Of a stretch of 64,000 nt of DNA, positions 39,037 through 52,000 are shown piece after piece. This DNA comes from Hormiphora californensis. Its lineage: Eukaryota > Animalia > Ctenophora. The stretch lies in NCBI GenBank assembly GCA_020137815.1, contig CM035361.1, positions 3,038,001 to 3,102,000 on the forward strand, written 5' to 3'. A program made the position numbers and the translations under genes. The notes beneath the pieces were generated by a model. It was not told the origin of the DNA and ran no database searches. It saw only the letters and a program-made list of their open reading frames with translations. Every line of letters begins with the position of its first letter. Position 1 is the stretch's first letter.

Positions 39037-39815
39037 TCTCTCTCTCTCTCTCCCACTTTGTCGGAGACTCTCTCAGATCTATTAGATACATCCTCCAATA
39101 TAAATATCTTTTTCTTTCTTAGAAAGTATCTATGATGCATTGTTGCAGTTATATTTCACACATACATGGAGCTTGTTGAGTAAGGGGTCAACAATTCAGA
39201 GCTGCATCTGTCTATTAATTGCACTTTGAAGTAATTGCTAATGGCTCTTTTTCCACACGCTTCCATTTTAGTCTTAGCTTTACTCAATATAGTAACGCTC
39301 AATGGTACAAAGTGGAATTACTTTTAGTAATGGTAGGGGTTCGCTATTACATGTCAAAACTTTGTTATTTTGATGCATTCCGAGTATGTCAAATATATCA
39401 TTGGAAATTTTGAATTGTTTTCTGTCTTAAAAGGATCGAATCTTTGACAGGTCCTTTACGATGAGAGCAGCTGACCCTATTTTCATTTCTTTCAGCGCGA
39501 GAACCGTAGATAGAGCTCTTATAACATGTTATAATATAGCTTTTTCAGGAGCTCTGTTATAAGATTATTAACAGAGATCACTCACTCTCCCTCTCTCTAT
39601 AAAACTGCTAACTAAGAAGCGCTCCCTACCAATGATATAGCTTCATTCTCTAACTAGGCAGTTGCCGTAAAGTTGTTGAAAGATTTAGCGACTCCGTCCT
39701 CTCCGCTGCGTCCTTCACAAAAGTGCTAATATGTGTGTGATGAGAGGGATAAATTTGAACTTAGCCAATTGAGAGCTGTCGTTAAGAGTTTTCCCTTTCT
39801 TTTTCTATCTCTCTA

Positions 39816-39859
<44 letters not shown>

Positions 39860-39915
39860 CATTTCTCTCTCTCTCCCTCTCTCTCCCTCTCTCTCTCTCT
39901 CTGATCTCTCTCTCC

Positions 39916-39947
<32 letters not shown>

Positions 39948-40032
39948 TCTCTCTCTCTCACTCACTCTCCCTCTCTCTATCTATCTATCTATCTATCTCT
40001 CTCTCTCTCTCCCTCCCTGATCCCTCTCTCTC

Positions 40033-40102
<70 letters not shown>

Positions 40103-40889
40103 ACTCTCCCTCTCTCTATCTATCTATCTATCTCTCCCTCTCTTTCCAGTTTCCCTCTTTCTATATCTCTCTCTCACTTTCTATCGGTATGCTTTCTCCA
40201 TCTTTCTCTCTCTTGTTTACAACATTTGGGAGTGCGTGTAAAACTTGTACCGCTTCGTTATATAGAAGCTATAACAGCATAGTATATAGGTTCCTTCTCG
40301 CTCTATTATAGTTACAATTCTAAGCTTTGCACTCGATTTAGTGATAGATATCCTGTTTTTATATATACACATCAATCACAATTCAAGTGCATTTATTCTC
40401 AATAGACATGAGGTCTTATTCTACAATGTCTATATATTGTGTTCTATAGAATCTATACGTTATATATTCATTATTCGTAAAAGCTTGCATTCAAGCAGCT
40501 CAATTGATGTTGAATATTGTCCACGAAGTACACCTGCAGCTGAATGTACTTTGAGCAGGGATTTATTGACAAATTAATGAACTTAGGAATTCTGCTGCAG
40601 ATTTTTCGTTTCATTCATTCGGTGCATTCATTTGCTTAGTTTATCACAACTAGAAGGCCCGTTGAAGTAGAGCACGTGCAGCCTTCAATAACACGCTGCG
40701 TAGGGGCTATGGCACCTCCTTGGCAATCCCCACCATTTGCACGTGTGGATAGGTCACCATCACGCCACGCATTTGCTTAGTTTATCACAACTAGCACACC
40801 CATTGGGTGCGCCACAAGTAAGGGCTTTTTGACAACCCACCCGGCTTCGCCGGGCGGTTCTTTTCGCCCCTTTCAACGGCAATAACACG

Positions 40890-40903
40890 GTTGCCATGGC
40901 AAC
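40890..40903. promoter_or_regulatory. Perfect palindromic RFX X-box motif upstream of the calmodulin-like core
   Basis: GTTGCCATGGCAAC matches the RFX consensus exactly; ~1 kb upstream of exon 41913; function untested. Confidence 0.4.
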
Positions 40904-41912
40904 TGAATTGGTAACTATGTGGACTGGTATGCTAAAAGTCATTCAAAAATATTAACAAACTTCCACTGGAAGTTCAAAAGGTGTGAATGACAGCTTTACA
41001 GCTTTGGTCACATAAAGTGTTTTATGAAGGAGCACTGTCGCTTAGATACCGCCTAACGAACGACTTCGACGTTCATCTCCAAATTATAATAGAGATCACA
41101 ATCACAATCGCGCTATCAAAACAAAAATCTTTGAAGATAGATCTAGCATTTTATGCATGAGATACAGCTAGGCTAGGCTGAAGCCTAGATTACTAATTAG
41201 ATTAATAATTAGTACAATCTATATACCTATTATTTTAACTTGAATCTTGAATTTCTTGAATCTTGAATCTATTATACGATTAAATACTATGTCTGGCGGT
41301 GGCTGATCAGGCCCTGCTATTTTGTCTGGCGACTCTGCTTTGAGTTCCCACGCCAAATAAAATGGAGACTGTTGCAGCAGCGCCAGACAGTTTACTAGTT
41401 TAAATATCTTACAGTTTAACTAGTTTAAATATCTTAAACAGTTAAGAATAAGATAGCCTGATTGTTGATTGATTTGTTATTTAGCAGTGTGTTAATGGGT
41501 GGTCCGTATTTGTGATAAGACACTGCATACTTTACTTACTAGGCCCAGAAAGGTATGTTACATCTTCTTAGGAAATCATTAATATATGTTTTTAATTGTT
41601 TCGTTAATTGTTTCTTGAAATAATTGTGGCTCTAGGCCAATCAGCCATAACACCTTCCCATGTTGAGATGTATATGGCTTCCTATTTGAGAGCTTTTAAA
41701 ATGTGTTAATATACTTGAGTGTCACAGCTATCTATAGAGTTTATGGGTAGGCCAATATTAGGCCCTGTTATTTTGTGGCTCAACAAAACATTAAGCTAGC
41801 TGGGACTGGTTTTAATATATAAACTGACAAAAATTACATTTAACACTGACACATCCATTTTAGCTGCTAAGTATAGTTTCACTCGAGATTTATAACACCC
41901 TCATTTCTTCAG

Positions 41913-44900
41913 ATAATAAGGTTGTAAACAACGTAGCAAGATCGGGACGTCCCAGGGCCTTCGAGATGACTGAGGCACCCCATCTTTCAGGTATAAAGAC
42001 ACATTACTATTTTGCCTGGCGGCTCAGATCGGGTAGGTGCACGTTTACGTCATATTAAACTTTCAAATCAGAATATATTCTGATTTTCAAATAGCTATAG
42101 ATTCGTAACGTGGTAATATCTATATTATAAAGCAGAGATGCTTGCAAGACAATTGGTTTTTGGGGGGTTTTTAGGGCTTGCACGTGGAAAATTGACGTGT
42201 TGTTAGGGATGGTTGGTGGGGTTTGGGGAGTGCACGTGCGTGTGTAAAGCTTTTCTAATCTTGGGGGATAATAGCTCTTTTGAAAGAGCTTGAGATTATC
42301 TTTCCAATGAGCCTTGGTATTTTGAAATCGGTTGAGAAATGACGGAGTTATGGCGAAAATGATGAAAAATGAGGAAAAATGTGGGTTTCTGAACTGCTTC
42401 AGATCACAGATTGAGAGAGGGGTGAGCCGTGAGGGGAGTATTCATTATGGCGTTATAGGGGAGTGAATAGAGGGTGAGATGAAGTGAATAGGGGACGATA
42501 TGATTCAATAGGGGCCGAGGGGAATCAATAGGGATAAGAGGGGTGAGGAGTGAGGACTGAGGGGAGTCAACAGGGGGAAGGGGTGTGGAGTATGATCTCG
42601 CGACCGGAGGTGCCGCGAAGCGGCGCCGTAGGGAGCAAAGTAGGCATGAGCCAGGGATCGGGATTGAGAGGAGTCAATAGGGTGTGAGAGTTTTTTGTTC
42701 TTTTGCCTGGGCTCTCTAGTCTATATTATAAAGCAGAGAACCTTGCAAGACAAAATTTGGGGGAGGGGGGTTTTTAGCGCTTGCACGTGGAAAATTGACG
42801 TGTTGTTAGGGGTGTTTGGTGGGGTTTGGGGAGTTGCCATGATGGTGGGCAAGATTGTAATACTGCACGTGCATGTTGTTGGGTGTTTTATTGCGTGTTC
42901 CTGTCGTGTTTTGTGGTGTTTGGCCATCTACTGCTGAGGCCCCGATGAATGCCACAGCTTTTCTACCAATTCGTATTCCCTTTAATAACTCTGCACAGCT
43001 CCAGTTCTACGGATCTTTATCACCTGATTCGGTATGTTCTTCAGCTGCAGTACTCTAAAGAGTTCCCTGTACCAGCTTCCATATTCACCAGCCCGATATG
43101 AAGAGACGATGATAGAGAGAATGAGGGGGGAGATAGAGAGAGAGAGAGAGGGAGAGAGATAGAGAGAGAGAGAGAGAGGGGGGGAGGGAATCGAATGATG
43201 GGGTGAGAGGGATAGAGAGAGAGGGGGATAGGGGATAGATGGAGACTATCCATTGGAGAGGGGACAGGGAAAGAGAGGGAGATGGAGAGGGGGAGAGAGA
43301 GACATGGAGACGGGGGGGGGGGGGGTGATTGAAGGCTGCACGTGCGGGTTGGTGCAGTGGGTGAGAGGGGTGCTCCTGGGTGAGGAAGAGTGTGGGGATT
43401 TGGGTCAACGGGTGCTCTACTTCAACGGGTTTTCTAGTATATATATATATAGTGTCTGACATGAACACATGTTAAGCTTGTAATTAATAAGTTGTTAATT
43501 GAAAGTTTATATTTTTACATTATTTCTAAAATGTCAACTTTTCAGAGGCTCAGATAACGGAGTTTAGGGAAGCATTTGCTATGTTTGATAAAGACGGAGA
43601 CGGGAGTATCTCAGTCGCTGAGTTAGGTTCGTAAGATGCCATTGATCCTAAATTAAGGGAAAAAATTTACTCCTTCATCAACTTCTTTATGACTGTACAA
43701 TTATACTCCTTCATAAAACTAACGATTGTTTGCGACCCCAGGGACTGTTATGAGGTCATTAGGGCAGAATCCAACGGATGCTGAGTTGGCAGAGATGATT
43801 AGGGAAGCAGACGACGACAGTAATGGTAAATAATATTTAGTTATACAGTCGGACCCCGATTTAATGGCCCCCGATTTAGTGGCACCCCGATTTAGTGGCA
43901 CCCCGAATCCCGATTTAGTGGCACTCCGATTTAGTGGCACCCCGATTTAGTGGCAGGATTTTTTCCCCCGAGGATGCCACTAAATCGGGGTCCGACTGTA
44001 TATAATAATTTAATAGTGATTTCATGAGTTCAAAGTTAGACACCCGGATCCTTCTTCTGACATGACTTTCAGTCAAGAAGAATTCTATCAAGTTATAAAT
44101 TTGTCTCTGCCCCCGATGCCAAATTTAAACTATGCAGTTGATTTTAATCAATACTTACGCTTACCAAATTTGGCTCATGTATCTTTAATAGATTTTCACT
44201 TTGCAAATTGATTGCATATCGATTGGATGAGATAGAGAGAGATAGTATGACAGAGCGATAGGGAGGAAGTGAGAAATTGTGACCAATAATATTGGCAGTA
44301 CCACATCCCGATCCTCGTTTCAATTAAAGCGAGCAGCAGGCGAGAGAAAAGAAGGAAGAGAGAAATACCATTAGAATTAATATCAATGCGACCATGTTGT
44401 CGAAAAAAGCGAAGATAATAGAATTAAGTAGAGAGTTAATACACACTCGTGACACATACTGGAACAATGACCATATGAATCACTGCAGAGCCACTCTTTT
44501 GATATAGCTGTTTTTTAACTTGTGCTTAATCAACAACAGTTTCTCTATAAAAACAGTTTCTCTTTAAAAACAGTTTCTCTATGAAAACAGTTTCTCTATA
44601 AAAAACAGTTTCTCTATAAAAACATTTTCTCTATGAAAACAGTTTCTCTATCAAAGACCGTTTCTCTATGAAAACAGTTTCTCTATAAAAAACAGTTTCT
44701 CTATGAAAACAGTTTCTCTATAAAAAACAGTTTCTCTATAAAAACATTTTCTCTATGAAAACAGTTTCTCTATCAAAGACCGTTTCTCTATGAAAACAGT
44801 TTCTATAAAAAACAGTTTCTCTATAAAAAACAGTTTCTCTATAAAAAACAGTTTCTCTATAAAAACATTTTCTCTATGAAAACAGTTTCTCTATCAAAGA

Positions 44901-46462
44901 CCGTTTCTCTATGAAAACAGTTTCTATAAAAAACAGTTTCTCTATAAAAAACAGTTTCTCTATAAAATGAGTTCGGTCACCCAGTATGACAATTGTATGA
45001 CTTGATCAATGACCATTCGGCATTCACCATGGTTTGAAACTTGTTACCGTGAGAATTACATTTTTATTGTTTTGATCCCAGCTCCAGCTTCATTTGATTT
45101 AGATCAAGTGTCAGGAACCGACCGAATCAGGAAATACTGGTCCCTGATTGGCTGTCAGAGCATTGGTCTGACCCATTCTCGTTTCTCTCAAATAAGCGCG
45201 CGAGAACTGTGGTCAGAGCATTGGCCTGACAGCTGATTGGCTGATAACCAGTCACGTGACCTAAATAACGAGTTCTGATTGGTTGTTTACTTGTTTCGGT
45301 CGGTTCTTGTCAAGTGTCAACTACCAGCCATGTAACTGTCTGGAGGTACCTCACCGCGTGTTGGGTGGGCAAGACTTGGGGTGCCAAACCTATTTCTGTA
45401 AAAACACCCCGAGAATCAAAACGGGGTATCATGGTGCCACCAGACAGGTCAATGGTCATAGCTGCGACTCTAGTTTCCTATAACGCCCATAATTCCTCTC
45501 ATTGGGGGGGAAACAGTCGTGCCTGGGGTTCAGACACGACCGTTTTCCCTTGTGCTGTTGCACCTCCCATATTAATACTTAGTATGAACAATACAAGTTT
45601 CCCCGGCCATTGCTAACAATCATCATCCCTACCATTCCTAACACCCATCATTTCTCTCATTCTAGGTTCAGTAGACTTTGAAGAGTTTCTATTGTTAATG
45701 AGTAGGAAAATGAACATGCTCGATATCGATCAGGAGCTACTTGAAGCATTTTCAGTATTCGATAAGGATGGTAAGTTAATTCGTGTTTTATTGTTTTTAA
45801 CAAGGATATGGTAAGGTAATTCGTGTTTTATTGTTTTTATGAAGAAGTCTTTTTGTGACATCAAAAGTCCAAATTCTGACTGTTCTGTCTTCTTGATGTT
45901 TTTGTGTGTTTATTTTACAACACTTGGTCTATTTGGGAAACTCGGAAATTAAACTCCAGACAGCTGCTATACTCGTTAATAACTAGGATCATTAGTCCAA
46001 AATTAAATTCCACCATGACCAGATTAATTATCGGTTATTAAAACCGTTATTAGGCACGTGGTGTGGCACGTGTATAAACAGAGTCGTAACAAGCAATCAG
46101 CTCTAGATAATTTAACTTCTCGAGACCTATAGGTCAGTAAAATATAGATCAACCTGATAAGTTTAAATTTGTATCCAAATTTATCAAATTGTGGTAAGAC
46201 CACATTCGTTCAATATTCAAATTCTGTTTAGATCCATCAATTATCACTATCAGAGAGATGATAGGAAATCTAACTGCTCTTCATTAGCTGAAACGATCCT
46301 TATTTACGTAGAAAATTGGTATTTGCCTTTCCGCGGAGGGAGAGAAAATTACCAACAGATTGGAGTTTCGAACTTGGAAGAAGATGAGATTTAGAAGAGA
46401 TCAAGGCATACCAATTATCAAAAACCGCTATTGGTTTCCGGGTGATGTTTTGATAAAAAACA

Positions 46463-46524
<62 letters not shown>

Positions 46525-48226
46525 TGAAAGAGAGAGATATATAGAGAGAGAGAGGAGAGAAACAAAACGATATAAATACGGTTAATTACGATATCATTTA
46601 AGATTCAGATCTCAATTTTAAAACTTCCGGTTTGGTTAGATTTAGCTATTTCTGAGAGATAAGAAATGAGACAACGAGAAAGTCTCATTAACCTAAAACT
46701 TATCTTTGGACTTTGAATTTGCATCATTTACTTAAGTCATGAGTTGTTGGACTCTTCTTATGTTAGATAAGCCGAACCACCACCATTTCGTGTTTTTATT
46801 TAACTTCTTGATCATCAGCTCTATTATAAGTGAAATTAAACTGAAATTTAGAGGCTAGTATAGTAGATAGCCCAATAATTTTTAATAACACCCGGTTATT
46901 AGATAACGTTTATATTGCTTCTAGAATTCTATATATCGAGCTTCCTCCTTCGCGACTTAAATCTTCTCAGCTATTTCCGGACGCGAGCTGAGAGATTTAC
47001 AATCTGGATAGGATGATAGGTCTGAGATCTAGCTGTTATACTCCTGAGAGCATTATATTGGCCATCATCATGCTCTATTTAATGCTGAGATATTTCTAAG
47101 TTATATAGAGTTCTTTGCGCCTGGTCTTGTTTAGTTTGTCGGACAGCTGATCTGGTGTCTAACATAATATAAAGTGAACTGACCAACCCTCGCAATAGTT
47201 TTCCAATTTTAAAATGGCCGAGCAGTCTGGTATTGAAAAGGTAGCCACTGATACCAAGAGTAGTCTCATTAAGGACAACAGGTCTCTTGAAGACGTCTTC
47301 AATTCCTTGGACTCTGATGGTAAATCCGAATCTGTCAATTCCCTTTTTCTGGGAGGCATTATTTTGTGACTGTGTTGCATTCTACGGAAAAGCAATGGGG
47401 GAAAACAGGAAGGACCTTAAAGCGTAGTTTTTAGTATTAAGAAGTTAACTAATTTTAGTTCTGAACAGTTTGTACTTTTATTGGTTGAGTTTCTGTCCCG
47501 TTTACCTGTCCTGTTAATTACTAAATTGTATTTCATCCTAATATCCCACCCCTTTTCACACCTTGTATTAACACCCCCCTTGTAACACCCCCACCTTGTA
47601 TTAACACCCCCCTTGTAACACCCCCCTTCCCCTCCCCTTGTCACCCCCTGTATTAACACCCCCTCCCCTTGGTAATGAAATTACCCCTCTGTTGTTATTG
47701 CTCATATGCAATAAAAGGGGTGACTTCGTAACCAACACCCCCTCCCCCAGGTAACGGATACATTGACGAGGAGGAGCTGATGAACGTTCTGACGAGTCTG
47801 GGAGAGGACCTAGATGCAGAACAGGTATATTATTGTTAACCCGGGATGCGGGGGGTATATTTTTAGGTTTGAACTTTTATACTTGAACCTGTAAAATATT
47901 GTCTAGTAGTAAGGGCTTATCTGAGTCTGCAGAAAGAAAAAGTTTAAAAGCTTCTTTTTTGTCTCCAGAATCTTCTCGACTTCTAGAGAATAGAAGGTCA
48001 ATATATTGCCTGTCAGAACATTGGCCTGACCCGTTCCCTAGGGATAGAAAAGCTTTTCTTCGGAGCGCGAGAACTGTGGTCAGAGCATTGGCCATGGCCT
48101 GACAGTATATTGCAATATTTAATACGTTTCTCCCAGGTAAAAGAGATGATGAGACAAGCAGATAAGGACGGTGATGGTCTGGTCAGTTTTGATGAATTCA
48201 AAGAAATTATGACAAGCAAAAACTAA
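41913..48226 (+). CDS. Calmodulin-like protein with four canonical EF-hands (constant part; shortest isoform starts at ATG 41966)
   Basis: Exons 41913-41990, 43546-43626, 43742-43825, 45666-45770, 47751-47824, 48137-48226 translate to [79 protein letters not shown]...[14 protein letters not shown]...[22 protein letters not shown]. Clearly diverged from canonical calmodulin. Confidence 0.93.
42119..43437 (+). mobile_element. Two head-to-tail non-autonomous Helitrons (42119-42719, 42720-43437)
   Basis: Both begin TCTATATTATAAAGCAGAGA and end CTAG; the pair is inserted between A and T with no TSD; ~110-bp shared 5' ends; the 3' end also appears inverted at ~40651-40690. Confidence 0.8.
43846..43998. 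mobile_element. Tigger-like MITE (CAGTCGGACCCCG TIR, TA TSD)
   Basis: Same termini; internal CCCGATTTAGTGGCA repeats. Confidence 0.85.
44533..44966. repeat. 17-19-bp minisatellite (AAAACAGTTTCTCTAT) with higher-order periodicity
   Basis: More than 20 units; variant TCAAAGACCG recurs about every 120 bp. Confidence 0.92.
45112..45309. mobile_element. hAT-like MITE copy with a nested 81-bp MITE (45152-45232)
   Basis: Outer TSD tcaagtgt (perfect). Nested element has TIR CTGTCAG…CTGACAG and TSD ctgattgg. Confidence 0.88.
48010..48105. mobile_element. 96-bp MITE of the CTGTCAG family
   Basis: TIR CTGTCAG…CTGACAG; perfect 8-bp TSD tatattgc; related to 45152-45232. Confidence 0.82.
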
Positions 48227-49037
48227 ACTCGGAGATATATTTGTGTGTTTGGATTTTCACGATAATCGATAACTAATCAGTGAGACTATTGAACTTTTTT
48301 TGGTTGCCAAGTCGCCACGGATGATGCGTGGCTGAATAATGAATATTTGAGAAAGGACTCTGCCGTTCTATTATATCTATTATTTTGTCTGCTTAAATAT
48401 TTAATTTGTAATGCATTTGTGAGAGAAATGATTAAGGTTGGGAAGTTCTGTGACCGCGTATTTCGAATAAAAGTTTATATCGGAAACCAGATAAATTATG
48501 AGGGCTTTATGCAATAATATACGAGAGGCTAAAGGAATATTATTATGCGGCTTAGAAGAACGTGATAAATTTGTGTGATAGTACTGCTGTAATAACGTTT
48601 TGAATTGATTGTTCAAGTAAAACACGCTGTATTAGATTGATTGCCGCTTTTATAGGTTTCTGCCCCCTCATTGAAAAGCGCTGCATTGATTCCTGAACCG
48701 CTATTGTGTCACAGTTTAGTTCAACCACGTTTACCTTCCGCCCACCCCTTCAGCTCCCACCCCGTATGCCACCACTGGATTCAGTTGCACCCGAGATAGA
48801 TTAAGACAGCTGGATTTAAAAGTGAAATTTCAAAGAATCATTGCACTGCAATAGACAGTTTTAACTGGCCGTTTTCATATCACATTGTTCACTCGCTCTG
48901 CACCTTCAATCAGGTTAATGTCGGTATAAACTTCAATCAGTTACCGATGAATTTCGTTGTTGTCATCCTCGTTGCTAGGTAACTCGTAATGTTGCTAGGC
49001 AACACTTTGTTGCTTACTAAAACGTGTACTTATTCCA

Positions 49038-52000
49038 TCACAATGTAGCGTGTAGTAGTCTTGAAAGTCTCAATAGGATCCAATCTGAAAGGATTTCGTT
49101 GTTGCACCCTGGTCTTCGATTTAGATTTTAGAGGGCACCCTGATTAATAATTTACAGGGAGAATCCCCTGAGGATCCCGGTAAATCAGGGTCCACGTACT
49201 TTATTAAGTATTTGTACGAACTATGCAATGCAAAATGCAGAACTGTACAATAACACGATAGGTATCCGTGAGTTACTTACCCATCGCTCTCCCCGCTTTA
49301 TTACTCCTATCCACGAACCCGTAGTACATAGGGACACCTGGGAATATTGTGTGAATAGCTTGGATATAATGTAACCATGGCTACCAAACAGTTTGGTAAT
49401 CATGGTTACCAAGCTGTTTGGTAACCATGGCTACCAAGCTGTTTGGTAACCATGGTAACCAAGATGTTTGGTAACCATAGTTACCAAGCTGTTTGGTAAC
49501 CATGGTAACCAAGCTGTTTGGTAACCATAGTTACCAAGCTGTTTGGTAACCATGGTAACCAAACTGTTTGGTAACCATCGTTTCTACCATTACCATGGCA
49601 ACTATAATAACTCACCAGGAACCGGCCGAATCATGAAACACTGGTCCCTGATTGGCTGATTACCAGTCACGTGACCTAAATAACGAGTTCTGATTGGTTG
49701 TTTACTTGTTTCCTGCAACTCACCTATAAGAGTTACTCCGATCCATGCTAAACACGGTATAGGCGTCACAAAGAATGGTCCGACTACTAAATATAGCGTA
49801 GAGAGAGTCGCTAGAATGGGGAAACCCATAAACACCTGCAGTAAGGGTTTAAATGGAGTTGTGTGTATGTTAAACTAACAACTAAACAAACTGGTTGATT
49901 TATTAATTAATTAATAAAACAAGTTAAATGATTTCTTCTGGCATATCTGTGGTTTATTTATAAAGTAATTAAACAATTTAATTGATTTCTGTTGACTATA
50001 ATCATCATCTGGCAATTGGCATGTTTATTAGGGAATATGAAGCTGCAATTTGCCTGGCTAGACTGTGTTTCGGGCGCCCCTTTACAAATGTAAAGGGAGG
50101 GTTAGAACATAACAAGCTGCAATGGGCTACCTTGAATTGACGTGGTGAATGGGGCATCTTCAGTCTCAGAACGGGCACTGCCAGAAAACATAGGCCCCAC
50201 CAGAACCAGGAGAGAAACCCAACATAGGATATCAGTGTGGAGATGGAACTGGACCAAACACAGAGAAATGCTGAGGCTCCCTGGTGGGTGAATAATGGTC
50301 AATAACTCAAAGTGGAACTGGTACTACGATTAGTGCCAAAACTATAAAGGCCAACCATAAATGTGAATTGTGATGTACTTTTTAGAGAGGTTTTAGATAG
50401 TTTTATAAAACTATCTAAAAACTCTCTAAAACCTCTCCAAAATTCTCTAAAACCTCTCTAAAACCTCTCTAAAATTCTCTAAAACCTCTCTAAAAACACG
50501 AAGTTTACTTACAATAAACATCCATGAGGTGTACTAAAAGGTGTACTTACAATAAACATGAGGCTGACAATGGGAGTACCAGTGCTGTTCTGGATCAATG
50601 CCAGGAACTGGGGCATCATACCCTCCTGAGCTGCTATAAAGGGTAACCTAGGAAACGATACAATTCATGTTTATAAAGGGTAACCTAGGAAACAATTCAA
50701 TTCATCTTTATTTTCCATCACAAAGAACATTAGTAATAATCAGAAAAGGAACATTAGAAAGATAGGAAATTATGAAAAGTGAATAGTTGGCTTATTGGAA
50801 GCTGAACAGCTGGTTTTGTCTACCTGGAAGATCCCATGAGACTTGATGAGAGGCTTCCAAATGATGACACTGCCACACTGAGCCCAAAAAACAGTTCCCC
50901 AGCACGGGCCCAGTGACTACCGAACTCTCCTAACATCTTCCTTCCAACGTACTGAGATGATATGTTTAGGTGTGGGCAAAGGTCATTGCAGTCCCCTGCA
51001 CGGATGGAACTAGAGTGGAACTAGCTATAGTATCATATGGTTAGCTCACCAGCGCAATGGCATCTTCATTAATTAGTTCCTCTAGGGAAAGTATAGAACA
51101 GTAGGCAATGTTGGCCAGCAGATAGACCGATATCAAACACACCTGCAGAGTTTTAATGTCTCAACCGGCAACCCGCGGCTGTCTGGCGCCGCCGAATGCC
51201 GACCCCATCTGAGCGCACTGTCTGAGAATCAAATTGGGGTATGGGCGCCGCCATACAGACCCGCGGCAAGTAGATTATACCAAATACCCCGAAGAAATTC
51301 GCGATTGTACGGAGAAACTTGCTAGGCTTTCACTGCAGGTATTTGGTGCGTGAAAGAAAATGATTCTCAGCTGGAAAAAAAACAGACATTCCGTGCTCCG
51401 GAATTAAGTAGGAACAATTCAATGGAACATATACCTGTGAGATAACCAGAGCTCGTGGAACATTCTTCCCTGCATCCTTTATCTCTCCACTCATCATATT
51501 AATACAGTTCCTGGTTAGGGAGAGAGGTCTGCATAAATAATAGATCAAGATGTGCTGACTAGAGAGAGACGAAGCTGACATTTTTGGTCGAAATTAAATG
51601 AGCCTAGATGGCTGTGGCGCTAGGGTCTGACGGTCATCAACGCCGAAATAGGGAACAACATGTTTCTGAATGTGCTTTTCAATACGAATCTGCAACGCAA
51701 CCGGAATTAGCTTTCTATCTTGTCGGGAAGTATCGCCCCCTGATACCCCCAAAAACAGTGTGGCGCACACCCCAATTAGGTCAAAAGTTCAATAGGGGTA
51801 AGTCAATGACATGTGATCTCAGTGAAAATAACCTTACCATCCGCTATAAGACCAAAGGGCGGCAAAGAACGCTGTTGTCCATGTTCCTGGGTTAGTGTTC
51901 GTACCCTCGAACCCTTTGGAGATGTTTTCCGTCCTACCTGGAATCAGAATTACAATCAGGAACCGACCGGACCAAGTAAACAACCAATCAGAACTCGTTA

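Noticed and set aside
44533-44966. Possible CRISPR-like array (also 32100-32440)
   Set aside because: Contiguous tandem units with no unique spacers, no cas genes, eukaryotic intronic context.
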